Positions 31,685 to 41,579 of a stretch of DNA of 64,000 nucleotides are shown piece by piece. The stretch is from positions 127,213-191,212 of the forward strand of contig CAXXIN010000017.1 of assembly GCA_963665275.2 (NCBI GenBank), in the 5' to 3' direction. The notes under the pieces are model-generated. The model was not told where the DNA came from. It saw nothing but the letters and a program-made list of their open reading frames with translations, and made no database searches. Each line of letters begins with the position of its first letter. Positions within the stretch are counted from its first letter, which is position 1. Source of the DNA: Negativicutes bacterium. GTDB lineage: Bacteria > Bacillota > Negativicutes > UBA1444. The position numbers were made by a program, and so were the translations under genes.

Positions 31685-31889
31685 CTTTCATCCATCCTTT
31701 ATAACTGCACTTTGCAGGTTGGAACCTGCCTGTGTTATTTCACTATTGATAAAAGCTCCTATTATTAAAACATATAACTAACTATTAATAGATTAATCCT
31801 CTTTTGAAATTTATGCAACTCTCGCTTGACGAATTGCATAAAAATATTTTAATATATTATTGAAGATATGTGAAAGGAATGTGATTGTC

Positions 31890-32264
31890 ATGGCTGATTG
31901 CTCCAATGGATGTAGTTCCAATGGGAAATCCCGCTTGCTGTATGCTTGTTCGGGTGCGGCAGACGTTGGTCAGATTGCGGACCTCACTGCACGGAAACTG
32001 GCAAAGGAAAAATTCGGTGCAATGAGCTGCTTGTCAGGCATTGGCGCTGGATTATCCGGTTTTCTGGATTCAGCCAAAGAAGCGGAGAACATCGTGATTG
32101 ATGGATGTCCTGTCAGCTGTGGCAAAAAGATGTTCGAACAACACGAACTGCCCTGCACGGAGTTTGTGATTACTCAACAAGGCGTCGTCAAAGGTTCTGC
32201 ACCCGCAACGCCAGAAGTGGTCGAACGCATGGCGAAAGCGCTAAAGTCCAGCGTAATCCTATAA
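31890..32264 (+). CDS. DGC domain (putative zinc-binding) protein
   Basis: YACSGAADVG, MSCL, IDGCPVSC. Confidence 0.88.
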   Translation: MADCSNGCSSNGKSRLLYACSGAADVGQIADLTARKLAKEKFGAMSCLSGIGAGLSGFLDSAKEAENIVIDGCPVSCGKKMFEQHELPCTEFVITQQGVVKGSAPATPEVVERMAKALKSSVIL

Positions 32265-32277
32265 TGAGGTTAATCAC

Positions 32278-32619
32278 ATGACAAACAAAGCTTTGGCGAA
32301 AATCTTCAAGGCGCTGGGCGATGAAACACGTCTGGAAATTGTTCGGATGTTGGCCGGCAAAGAGCGCTGCGTGTGCGCATTTCTCAACTCCTTTGCAATG
32401 AGCCAACCAGCCATATCCAACCATCTGCGTGTGTTGCGCGAAGCCGATGTCGTTATTGACACGCGTGAAGGACGCTGGATTTTTTACCGCCTCAATCCCG
32501 AAGCTTTTCACGCCGTCGAAGCAATCTGCGAGCTTGTCCTTCCAGCCGGAGAACCCGAGCGCATCAATCCAACAACAGAACCCTGTGCTTGTCCCAAAGG
32601 AACGGAAAAATCCGCATAG
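32278..32619 (+). CDS. arsR: ArsR/SmtB family regulator with CVC metal(loid)-sensing motif
   Basis: FKALGDETRL, ERCVC, SQPAISNHLRVL, REGRWIFY. Confidence 0.88.
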   Translation: MTNKALAKIFKALGDETRLEIVRMLAGKERCVCAFLNSFAMSQPAISNHLRVLREADVVIDTREGRWIFYRLNPEAFHAVEAICELVLPAGEPERINPTTEPCACPKGTEKSA

Positions 32620-32626
32620 AAAATAT

Positions 32627-32667
32627 ATGAAAACCCCTCCAACTTATATTGGAAGGGTTTTTTTCAT
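32627..32667. terminator. Bidirectional terminator
   Basis: ATGAAAACCCCTCCAA...TTGGAAGGGTTTTTTTCAT between convergent genes. Confidence 0.65.
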
Positions 32668-32713
32668 GATCGCACTATTTCATTGATGTCCCGAGTCTCC
32701 CGGGAGCAAGCAA

Positions 32714-32959
32714 TCAAGATTCCAGTTCATTCTCCAACGCCTTGCTCAACTGATCCACGCAAGAGGTCGGCTTACTTTCACAAGTAATCCCCTTCAACTT
32801 TTGAATGACCTCTTCGACCTTCATGCCCTGAATAAGAGTGCTGATCGCCTTCAGATTGCCATCGCATCCTCCTTCGAATTTTACGGCTTTGAGAACCCCG
32901 TTCTCCGTTTCAAAATTGATCTCCGTAGAGCATACGCCTTCTGTATAATATGTTTTCAT
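32714..32959 (-). CDS. TIGR03905 family TSCPD domain protein
   Basis: GVCS, FEGGCDGNL, LKGITC, TSCVDQL. Confidence 0.88.
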   Translation of the reverse strand: MKTYYTEGVCSTEINFETENGVLKAVKFEGGCDGNLKAISTLIQGMKVEEVIQKLKGITCESKPTSCVDQLSKALENELES

Positions 32960-33020
32960 GTCGCACTCCTTATATCCTTGATTATTTTTTTACAATATCA
33001 ATCGTTCAACGAAGTTCACA

Positions 33021-33479
33021 TCAGCGCTTGCTTTTCGCCGCTAAATTCGCTAATGTTCCCATCGGACAAACCGCTGCGCACCAGGTCCGTTGATTAAAAG
33101 TAATGCCCAACAAAACCCCTACAATGGTGGTCAGAAAAATAACACGCAAAAATACTCCTCCCACTGCCGCCCAGTCACCCCATGCCCAAAAAACTTGGAC
33201 ACTAAACAGGGTCATGATAACGGCCAAAGCGAAATAGCGAAATGTATTGGTTCGCATCCAGCCAGGAATTGGCCGTTTTAACGAAACCTTTGAAATCACC
33301 TGATCAAAAAGACTTCCTCTGGGACAAAAATTCCCACACCAATACCGGCCACGATAAAAGGCAACGGCGACAGGCGCGGTCATACACAACAAAGCCGCTA
33401 ATCCTACCCAGGGATAAAATAAACCTACCAGCAAAAAGATAGCCAGGACCCAGTACAAAAACGGACGAAATCGTTTCAT
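33021..33479 (-). CDS. Membrane 4Fe-4S binding protein (NapH/MauN-like)
   Basis: GRYWCGNFCPRG and RTWCAAVCPMGT with TM helices. Confidence 0.85.
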   Translation of the reverse strand: MKRFRPFLYWVLAIFLLVGLFYPWVGLAALLCMTAPVAVAFYRGRYWCGNFCPRGSLFDQVISKVSLKRPIPGWMRTNTFRYFALAVIMTLFSVQVFWAWGDWAAVGGVFLRVIFLTTIVGVLLGITFNQRTWCAAVCPMGTLANLAAKSKR

Positions 33480-33506
33480 AAGCACCATCCTTAAAAAATT
33501 ATCCCC

Positions 33507-33569
33507 GATACATAGGGGGGGTATCAACATGTGTTTATCATACTCTCTTCTCAATATCTTGTCAAGAAA
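33507..33569 (-). promoter_or_regulatory. SigA promoter plus CsoR/CstR-like operator (copy 2)
   Basis: TTGACA-17-TATGAT then ATACCCCCCCTATGTAT; ungapped match to 6596-6658. Confidence 0.75.
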
Positions 33570-33636
33570 AAAAACTGCCCCTCGGCACAAAGCGTCATGC
33601 TTCATGTCGGGGGGCGTTTGCGTTCATTATTGCCGC

Positions 33637-34095
33637 TTAGTATTTGCTCTTGAATTTTGCCCAAGTGTCAATAATAATCTGATAAGTGTCCGCAAATCCC
33701 TTCTTCATTTGTTCCCAGACGCTTACGGAACTGTTTTTCAAGCTTCCATACCACTCGGCCAACTCAATTCGTTGCTTGCGTAATTCCTTCAAACCGGTCT
33801 GAGCCTCTTCGCGAGCATTTTTGTCCATTTTATCCCAGCTATTATAAATGTCTGTTTCCAATGCATCAATGCGATTATCAAGTTTTTTCAGAGCCTGCTC
33901 TGTTTGTTTGGTCGCTTCATCTCGCTGATCCGCCGTGTATCCCTTTATTTTCGCAATCAACTCCTGTGCTTCCTGTTTTACATCCTGAATCGTTGTCTTG
34001 TCATCACTGGCTTGCGTATAACTCAGCGGTACGAAACAGAGCGTTACAATCATAAACAGAGTTGTTACTAATATGGTCTTCCTCATTATCCTCAC
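33637..34095 (-). CDS. Exported helical hypothetical protein
   Basis: Signal peptide, coiled-coil composition, GAGGGGG RBS. Confidence 0.7.
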   Translation of the reverse strand: MRIMRKTILVTTLFMIVTLCFVPLSYTQASDDKTTIQDVKQEAQELIAKIKGYTADQRDEATKQTEQALKKLDNRIDALETDIYNSWDKMDKNAREEAQTGLKELRKQRIELAEWYGSLKNSSVSVWEQMKKGFADTYQIIIDTWAKFKSKY

Positions 34096-34327
34096 CCCCT
34101 CTTCATTGGTAACCCAAATTAATTATGGCGCCCTGTGAATATGTTATGTTTACTTGATCCAAAGCCCTGTAAACCTTATCACATTATAACGGCGAAACGT
34201 ATTGACTATAAGTATAAGGAAACCAAGCCAGAATTATAACATTGTTATAAAACCACCTTGGTTGCAAATTGAATATTGTCTGCGCTTGTCCCGCGTTTTC
34301 TCCTTCATTGTCTTTAGGCGCCCTCTA

Positions 34328-34528
34328 CTATTTATGGCCGTTGATAAATCTTTCGTATTCTTCTTTGGCCTTGTCTTTGGAATAGCCGTATTTCGTTTGC
34401 AGAAGCCCCTGGAGTTTCTCGGCTTTTCCATTCACTATATCGAGGTCGTTGTCAGTTAGTTTACCCCACTTCTCTTTGACTCCACCTTTTAACTCGTGCC
34501 ACTTTCCTTGTAGAATATCTTCGTTCAT
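34328..34528 (-). CDS. CsbD family stress protein
   Basis: GKWHELKGGVKEKWGKLTDNDL...LQTKYG. Confidence 0.92.
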   Translation of the reverse strand: MNEDILQGKWHELKGGVKEKWGKLTDNDLDIVNGKAEKLQGLLQTKYGYSKDKAKEEYERFINGHK

Positions 34529-34874
34529 GATTTTCCTCCTACTCTTTTTTTGATTTGTTTCTGGCTATTTTGATTTGAAGGAGCGCGTCTAACAAGGCTC
34601 CTATGTATAGAATACGCTAATTTCGCGCTCTGCACATTAGAACAAGAAAACAAATTTACGGTTAGAAAGGCAAGGAAATTCTATAACAATATTATAAAAA
34701 TTCCTTGCCTGGCAAAGCGCAGGTGAAGACGAAGCGGTGACCAAGAAAAAGCCTAATTGGGGTTTCATTGCTCTAGCGCCTTGGCTTGGACGCCACAGTT
34801 CTATCCGTCATGCGCTTCGCCTCGGACGCCGGCTCTATGTAAACTACATTTTTAGAAAACATTAAGAAGCAACA

Positions 34875-34999
34875 AAAAAGCTCCGAAGCGAAGTGCCTCG
34901 AAGCCATAATTTACGTTGAAGTAGTCGGGTTCTAACCGGCGACCCCTTGAATGCCATAGATATCTGGGCATTTTTCGGCAGAAAACCGCCAGCCTACTC
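34875..34999 (-). repeat. Degenerate tRNA-Ala(GGC) 3' fragment (att copy 1) with conserved flanks
   Basis: Core about 34915-34957 is a mutated copy of 48632-48676; left flank matches 51151-51193, right flank matches 48677-48718. Confidence 0.8.
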
Positions 35000-35046
35000 A
35001 GATAAGCAAATACGCGCTCAGTACGAACATATTGTCTGTGGCTTCC

Positions 35047-37128
35047 TCATATGAGTTTAACAAAGTTACTCACCAATTCTGGATCGAATTGAGTTCCAGA
35101 ACAGCGCTCCAGTTCAATGACGGCTTGTTTGCGGCTCATCGCCTTGTGATAGAGCCGGTTGTTCGTCATGGCGTCATAAGCATCGACAATCGTCAGAATT
35201 CTGCATTCTATAGGAATTTCATGTTTTTTCAAGCCCCCTGGGTACCCTTGCCCGCCCCACCATTCGTGATGATGCAAAATCCATTCTGCAATTGGCTGCA
35301 AATCGGGAATTGATAGCGCAATACGGTACCCGATTTCCGAATGTTGCTTCATGATCACAAATTCTTTGTCTGTTAAACGGGCCGGTTTAAACAAAATATG
35401 GTCGGGTATGCCTACCTTTCCAAGATCATGAAAACGCGCAAAAAGAGCCAGATCCGGGTGGATATTATGGGATATGCCCACGCTTTCAGCCAGTAATGTT
35501 ACTAGCCCTTCCAACCGTTCGGCATGCCCATCCGTAATATGGTCCCGAGTTTGCAATGCTTTTATCAACGCTTCGACCATTGCGCTTTTAGAACTTTCGT
35601 GATGGTGCAATTTTTGTCGATACATCCGATTATCCGCTTCCTTGAGTAGCTCGTCGAGATTGTCTGAAGCCGTTTTATTTACCGCATACCCGATGGCTAA
35701 CCCAATCGGCATGAGTTCACGTTCAACATTGTACCTAGCCACCTTCCGGTTGATCCGTTTACAGATCTTTGCACAATCAACGACGGATTGTTCCTGCAAT
35801 AATACTGCAAATTCATCCCCGCCAATTCTAGCAACAATATCACTGGCACGAAAAGTGGATTTAATAATTTGAGCGACTTCTTTCAGCACCTGGTCCCCTG
35901 CTGAATGGCCCAGGGAATCATTGATCAATTTTAAGCCGTCCACATCACACATCACCAATCCCGCGCCAACCTGTCGACCCATTTGCAACCGAGTCATTTC
36001 CTGTTCAAAATACGCCCGGTTATATAAGCCCGTCAGAGCATCATGGAAACTCATATATCGCAGTTGATCTTCCATTTCCTTACGGTCGGTAATATCGCGA
36101 ACAATGGCCATTACTTCATCATCTCCGCAAGCAGCCAGCCGGACTTCCAAAAAAAGTGGACGCTCCCCGTTGGAGTATTTAAACTCCAGCGTCACTAGCG
36201 TATGGGTCCGCAACACTTTTTCGATCCCGCGGGCAAGTCGCTTTGCTGTTTGCCGGGGCAGTACGTCAGAAATATTTTTCCCCGTCGTTCTTTTTCCTGT
36301 ATATAAAGCGGAATCAGAATGAATCGAGTCTTGATGAATTGTCCCGTCGCGACCGATTCGGAACAGGGAATCCGGAATCGCTTTAATCAGGGCTTGCGTT
36401 TTCTTTTGGGCGTCATGCAGATGTTTCTCATATAATTTTCGTTCGGTGATGTCCCGGCCAACACTGATGATAAAGAGCTTTCCCATAATATCCGCGCTGC
36501 ATGACTTCACTTCCATTTGAAAAGTACTGCCATCTTTGCGCAAGCCGTTTACTTCAAACAGGGTAGGCTGGAATTTGCTTTCGAACAAGTTTTTTTGAAC
36601 GGCCGCCGAAGATTCGGATTGGCGCAGTTCATGCAATGACATGGATTGAAGCTCTTCCTTGCTGTAACCGTACGATTGAACGGCTGCCTGATTCGCACCG
36701 CTAATCCTGCCGTCAGCGTTAACAATTAATACAATGTCCCTCACACTATCAAACAGGAGCTGGTATTTTGTTAATAGTCGCTCTGCATAGAGATTGCGGG
36801 GCCTTTTCACGACAGATACAACGCTCAGGCCTTCCACCGCCATCGGAGCTACCGTAAGCAAAGCCGGGATTTCGCGTCCGTTGCAGTCAATCAAGGTTGC
36901 CTCGTGCGGCGCTGTCCCTTTTCCGCCATCGAGTCTGTGTAGCTCCGTCCATTTTTTGCAACTTTCCAGCGCGGATTTAGGGTAACCGCTCAGCTTGACG
37001 AATGCCTTATTGGCTAAAACAATCACAGCCTCCGAATTGATCACCAGCATAGCCGTACCATTTTTCTCAAATAAGGCTCGATATATTTCGTTGGAACCAT
37101 TCTTCATCGAAAGCATGTGACCCTGCAA
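35047..37128 (-). CDS. PAS-GGDEF-HD-GYP c-di-GMP signalling protein
   Basis: PAS repeats, HDALTGL, GGDEF, HDLGK, HHEWW...GYP. Confidence 0.9.
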   Translation of the reverse strand: MQGHMLSMKNGSNEIYRALFEKNGTAMLVINSEAVIVLANKAFVKLSGYPKSALESCKKWTELHRLDGGKGTAPHEATLIDCNGREIPALLTVAPMAVEGLSVVSVVKRPRNLYAERLLTKYQLLFDSVRDIVLIVNADGRISGANQAAVQSYGYSKEELQSMSLHELRQSESSAAVQKNLFESKFQPTLFEVNGLRKDGSTFQMEVKSCSADIMGKLFIISVGRDITERKLYEKHLHDAQKKTQALIKAIPDSLFRIGRDGTIHQDSIHSDSALYTGKRTTGKNISDVLPRQTAKRLARGIEKVLRTHTLVTLEFKYSNGERPLFLEVRLAACGDDEVMAIVRDITDRKEMEDQLRYMSFHDALTGLYNRAYFEQEMTRLQMGRQVGAGLVMCDVDGLKLINDSLGHSAGDQVLKEVAQIIKSTFRASDIVARIGGDEFAVLLQEQSVVDCAKICKRINRKVARYNVERELMPIGLAIGYAVNKTASDNLDELLKEADNRMYRQKLHHHESSKSAMVEALIKALQTRDHITDGHAERLEGLVTLLAESVGISHNIHPDLALFARFHDLGKVGIPDHILFKPARLTDKEFVIMKQHSEIGYRIALSIPDLQPIAEWILHHHEWWGGQGYPGGLKKHEIPIECRILTIVDAYDAMTNNRLYHKAMSRKQAVIELERCSGTQFDPELVSNFVKLI

Positions 37129-37152
37129 CTCTCCTTCACTCGCTTCCGTCGA

Positions 37153-38868
37153 TCATAGCCGGAATTTATTAACGGCTTCCTGAAGATCTTGCGCCAGTTT
37201 GGCAAGAGCTTGGCTCGAAGCTGCGATTTCTTCCATGGATGCCGACTGCTCTTCTGTGGCGGCAGAAACCGTTTGGGTTTCACTCGCCGCTGATTTGCTC
37301 AATGAGTCGATCTCTTTCACGGAGTTCACGATCTGCTGGGTTCCGCTGGCCATCTGTTGAACTGCCGCAGATATTTCCCGCACCTGATCTGAAACCTGCA
37401 AAATCAGCGCAGTGATTTCTTTGAATGCCTGTCCGGCTGCGGTAACCACTTCGCTGCCGACCTTCACTTCACGTGTTCCTTCGTCCATTGCCACCACCGC
37501 TTTATCCGTATCTCCCTGGATTTCGCTGATCAGGTTGGCTATTTGTTTGGCGGCTCCTTCAGATTGTTCAGCCAACTTACGCACTTCTTCAGCGACCACG
37601 GCGAAGCCGCGGCCCTGCTCGCCAGCGCGCGCTGCTTCAATGGCAGCATTCAGCGCCAATAAATTGGTTTGCCCTGCAATGCCGGAAATGGTATTCACGA
37701 TTTGCCCGATTTCTTTGGACCGTTCACCGAGTTTTGCTACAACCTTGGCCGAGTTGTTGACCGTTTGTTCGATGCTGACCATTTGATCAACCGCTTTATT
37801 CACGGAAACATTTCCGTCGCGTGCTTTATCGGCAGCTTGCGCAGAGTTGGTAGCTACTTGGTTGGTATTGGCGGCAATCTGTTGAATGCCGGCAGACATT
37901 TGTTCAACAACCGCGGAAGTTTCAGTTGCCGCCGTAAGTTGCCGTGTAGCTCCTTCTGCAACATCGGTAATAGCCGCCGCCACTTGATTCACAGCCTGCG
38001 AAGATTGTTCGGCGCTTGCCGTCAACTCTTCGGAGGAAGCGGCAACTTGCTCTGCAGATTCATTGACCTGCTTTAAGGCTTTTCGCACATTGGTCCGCAT
38101 ATCCACCAGCGCATCCGCCAATTGCCCAATTTCATCTTTTCGCCTAACCTTACGCTCAGCTTCCGCGAAATTTCCTTGCGCGAGTTCACGGCAGATGCCG
38201 ACCATAAGTTGCAAAGGCCTGGTAATGGCCCGGGTAATCGTCCATCCGGCAACAAGCAGAATCATCACTGCAATAATGAAGAATACAGCCATGACAAGAG
38301 CGGCGTTTCGCTCCGCCGCAGTAGTGTCCGCGCTCATCTTTTCCCCACGTTTAGAATAATGTGTGGACCACTCTTGAAAATTCTTTACATAAGCGCCAGC
38401 AGCAGGGATTCCTTTTGACACATACAAGGCATACGCTTCGGTATTTTTATTTTGCATGGCAAGATTGACAACATCGGTTCTAACGCTTCGATAGTTCTGT
38501 CCAGATACTTTAACTTTCTCAAATAGTTCCTTCTCTATTGGTCCCATCGGTATTTTTGCAATATCGGAAGCATTTTTGTTGATTTGGGCGTCATAATCCG
38601 CAATGGATTTATTCAATGCTTGGTTTCTTTGAGCATCGGTAGTTAACATCAATTCCAACACTCGACCGTTGCTGGCGTAGACAAAACCTTCGGTTTTAGA
38701 GATCAGATCGTTGGGGACAAAATTTTCCGCATACATCTCGTTAATGCTACGATTTGCCATTTTCGTTTCATAAAATCCGAGCGTTGCTACAGATATCAAC
38801 GCGACAACGGCGATAAAGATCATCAGTGCTAATTTTTTCCCAATCTTTAGGTTGTTTAAAAAACTCAT
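37153..38868 (-). CDS. Methyl-accepting chemotaxis protein (4HB sensor, HAMP)
   Basis: [38 protein letters not shown]. Confidence 0.95.
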   Translation of the reverse strand: MSFLNNLKIGKKLALMIFIAVVALISVATLGFYETKMANRSINEMYAENFVPNDLISKTEGFVYASNGRVLELMLTTDAQRNQALNKSIADYDAQINKNASDIAKIPMGPIEKELFEKVKVSGQNYRSVRTDVVNLAMQNKNTEAYALYVSKGIPAAGAYVKNFQEWSTHYSKRGEKMSADTTAAERNAALVMAVFFIIAVMILLVAGWTITRAITRPLQLMVGICRELAQGNFAEAERKVRRKDEIGQLADALVDMRTNVRKALKQVNESAEQVAASSEELTASAEQSSQAVNQVAAAITDVAEGATRQLTAATETSAVVEQMSAGIQQIAANTNQVATNSAQAADKARDGNVSVNKAVDQMVSIEQTVNNSAKVVAKLGERSKEIGQIVNTISGIAGQTNLLALNAAIEAARAGEQGRGFAVVAEEVRKLAEQSEGAAKQIANLISEIQGDTDKAVVAMDEGTREVKVGSEVVTAAGQAFKEITALILQVSDQVREISAAVQQMASGTQQIVNSVKEIDSLSKSAASETQTVSAATEEQSASMEEIAASSQALAKLAQDLQEAVNKFRL

Positions 38869-39229
38869 CTTTTTCCTCCTCCATTTTTGCCCACTAAAAT
38901 ATCACGTGATCAAAAATTGGTCTCCACTATGAAGATACTTTAAGAAATATTCGACAACTGGTAACAACACCTCACAATAAGCCACCTATTTTCAGAAAAA
39001 CGACAGAATATCCTGCCTAAGAAAGCAGCAGGCATTCACTTGCGCGATGTGGTCCGCTTAGCCTCCATGGATGAAAGCTTTTTATGCATTCAGTTAGCTG
39101 AATCTATTTAATATTACATCAATTGTAATTTGTTATCACTTGCAATTTTAACCCGTTTTCTTGCATAAAAAAGTCGCTTTTCGTTCCCTAAAGGATAAAA
39201 AGCGACAAAGCGTAATGAACGGTCATTCC

Positions 39230-41395
39230 TTATTTTTCTGTTTTCACATTCACCTTCAGCATCTTAATAGCACACCCTACCGTTATGCGAGCATCCAAAT
39301 CATCGAGATCCACTCCCAAAATCTGTTCCAATTGATTTTTCCGGAACAGTAATGTCTTGTAATGAATTGACAGCATGCCAGCTGCACTCTTTAGGTTATC
39401 GCTCAACATGATGCATTCGAGTGTAGGCAAAAGTTTCAATTTTCGATTCATATCATATAGCAGCACCGGCCCTAAGGTCCGCTCGATATATTTATCCAAT
39501 TGTTTTTTGTCATTAATATAGGGAAGAAGCTGCAAGAGACCGATGTCATGATAATGAAAATATTTGCGTTGGGGCCAAATTTTTTTACCACTTTGCACCG
39601 ATGCAACCGCCTGCCGATAGCACATCCCAAGCTCAGACAGACTTCTTACTCGTTCAGCAATGCCAATGGAGACATCGAAGTCTGGCTTGTGACGCATTAC
39701 AGTTTGTATTATTTCCTCAGCCTGTTTAACCTGCTGCATTTTCCCCATACTTTTCGGTTCATCGCTAAAACAGAGTATCCCCAGTCCGTCTGGGCTTTCC
39801 CATGCAATCGTTTTTCCGCTTTCTAAAGCATCCACGATGGAATCCAACAGTGGTTGATATACGTCGCGTCGATTCAACCAGTATTTTCGAGGTTTTCCTT
39901 TGTAGGCGTTCATTACAATCAAATAGCAATTGAAAGGCCCCTTTGCTCGATTTCCCAACACTCGCTCACAAGCAGATAAAACTTGGGGCGAAGGGGTATC
40001 ATGTTGAAGCAAGTCGTTTAGAAGATCACTCTTTCTTTTCCGTTCGTAGGATGCCATAAGTAAGCGTTCATCGCGCCGTCGTTCTGTAACATCCGTAAAG
40101 GTCACTAGAAAGCCGTCATCCACAATTGTCCCTGTGATCACAAATAGATGTAGTTCCCCATTTTTACAACAAATTTTCGCTTCCGTCGGTTCGATCCTCA
40201 AATTGCATTTTTTATTCGAAGCCATCGCATTTTTCCATAAATTCATCCGTTCGCCGCGGAGTTTTTCATTTGGATAGGCGAATTCCCACCACTTTGACAT
40301 CGTTGGCACTTCGTCCAATGTGTACCCGAAGGTTTGAACAAATTGTTCATTGACATACTCGATGCTCTTTTTATTGCGGTGGCCATACATAAGTGGAACA
40401 GGGAGATAGTGGGCGAACTTGCGAAAGCGTTCTTCACTCGCACGTAGTGCCTCTTCCGAATGTTTGCGACCAATTGCCAATGCGAGCTGTGCGGCGACAA
40501 TAGAAAGAAATTGGAGATCTTCAGGTTGAAAGGATCGCTCATCGGACAGCGTCAGCACGCGGATGATCCCGAAAATGCTGCCTGCGATGTCAATCAAAGG
40601 AGCTCCCAACCATTCCTTGAACGGAACCAAGCGGGAATCAACCTCGCCGGATTCTTGCAGTTGTTCATAACTCTCCGCCGTTACGTGTATAGCCCGCCGC
40701 TGCCGCATGACATATTCGGCCAAATGCCTGCCGAGCGCTCTTCGCTGGGGAACGCGTCCTGTTTCATCTACAAAATAAGGAGATGTTAGTTGGCCGGCGG
40801 CTTGATCAATAAGATATACTTGAATATTCGTCGATGGCAGAAGCCGTCCGACCTGATAATGAACCGTCCGATACAGCTCCATTAACGGAGAATGAGCAGC
40901 GGCATCGGCTATTTCCCTTAATACGTTTTGTGCTTCGGCGCACCGCCATTGTGCTTCTTCCGCTTGTTTTCGATCCGTTATATCGATAACTATGGAATAC
41001 GTGGCCGCGCATTGCTTCCACTGGACCGGCACAATATGCACTTCAACGTCGCGAATTTCCCCATCAGCCACTCTGTGCTGAAACATAAAAGAACTGCGCC
41101 GATGCTTCCTAACAAGTTCAATTTTTTCCAACAACGCTTCTTCTGGCAATAAATTGAGCTGCGTAATTTTCATTTTTTGCAGTTGTTCCAAGCTCCACCC
41201 GTAGAAACGGACAGCCGCAGAATTCGCATACAGTATCTGTCCATTTTCCGGGTTCACAACTAGCATCACCAAAGGATGATTCACAATCAGGTCCTCTGAA
41301 GGTTCTGTAATGACGGGTTCAGTTTTTTGATGTGCGTTCACGGTGCTCAGCCCTTTATTTCTCTGTATGAAGCAAACCATTTCTGATCTACCCAC
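39230..41395 (-). CDS. PAS-GAF-PAS sensor with C-terminal PucR/CdaR-type HTH regulator
   Basis: PAS (YANSAAVRFYGW), GAF (WLGAPL), LLPTL...AAGMLSIHYKTL.FR; start uncertain. Confidence 0.8.
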   Translation of the reverse strand: MGRSEMVCFIQRNKGLSTVNAHQKTEPVITEPSEDLIVNHPLVMLVVNPENGQILYANSAAVRFYGWSLEQLQKMKITQLNLLPEEALLEKIELVRKHRRSSFMFQHRVADGEIRDVEVHIVPVQWKQCAATYSIVIDITDRKQAEEAQWRCAEAQNVLREIADAAAHSPLMELYRTVHYQVGRLLPSTNIQVYLIDQAAGQLTSPYFVDETGRVPQRRALGRHLAEYVMRQRRAIHVTAESYEQLQESGEVDSRLVPFKEWLGAPLIDIAGSIFGIIRVLTLSDERSFQPEDLQFLSIVAAQLALAIGRKHSEEALRASEERFRKFAHYLPVPLMYGHRNKKSIEYVNEQFVQTFGYTLDEVPTMSKWWEFAYPNEKLRGERMNLWKNAMASNKKCNLRIEPTEAKICCKNGELHLFVITGTIVDDGFLVTFTDVTERRRDERLLMASYERKRKSDLLNDLLQHDTPSPQVLSACERVLGNRAKGPFNCYLIVMNAYKGKPRKYWLNRRDVYQPLLDSIVDALESGKTIAWESPDGLGILCFSDEPKSMGKMQQVKQAEEIIQTVMRHKPDFDVSIGIAERVRSLSELGMCYRQAVASVQSGKKIWPQRKYFHYHDIGLLQLLPYINDKKQLDKYIERTLGPVLLYDMNRKLKLLPTLECIMLSDNLKSAAGMLSIHYKTLLFRKNQLEQILGVDLDDLDARITVGCAIKMLKVNVKTEK

Positions 41396-41510
41396 ACGAC
41401 TATCCGACTGCAGGTCCTCAACAACTTCTTCGTTTACAATTGGACTAATTCATTTGCAACTATCGCATTCCATTATGAAACAGGTTCTATTTCCTCTGTC
41501 TGATAAACGA

Positions 41511-41550
41511 CAAGGCGTGTGCCATGTCCCAGGACATGGCACACGCCTTG
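41511..41550. terminator. Perfect 19-bp inverted repeat downstream of purL
   Basis: CAAGGCGTGTGCCATGTCC-CA-GGACATGGCACACGCCTTG; U-tract weak. Confidence 0.6.
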
Positions 41551-41579
41551 AATCATCCTTAGTAATAGAAACAGCAAGC

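Noticed and set aside
38990-39110. Possible c-di-GMP riboswitch upstream of the MCP gene (similar look at 34710-34850)
   Set aside because: Could not match the GEMM consensus by eye; needs an Infernal/Rfam scan
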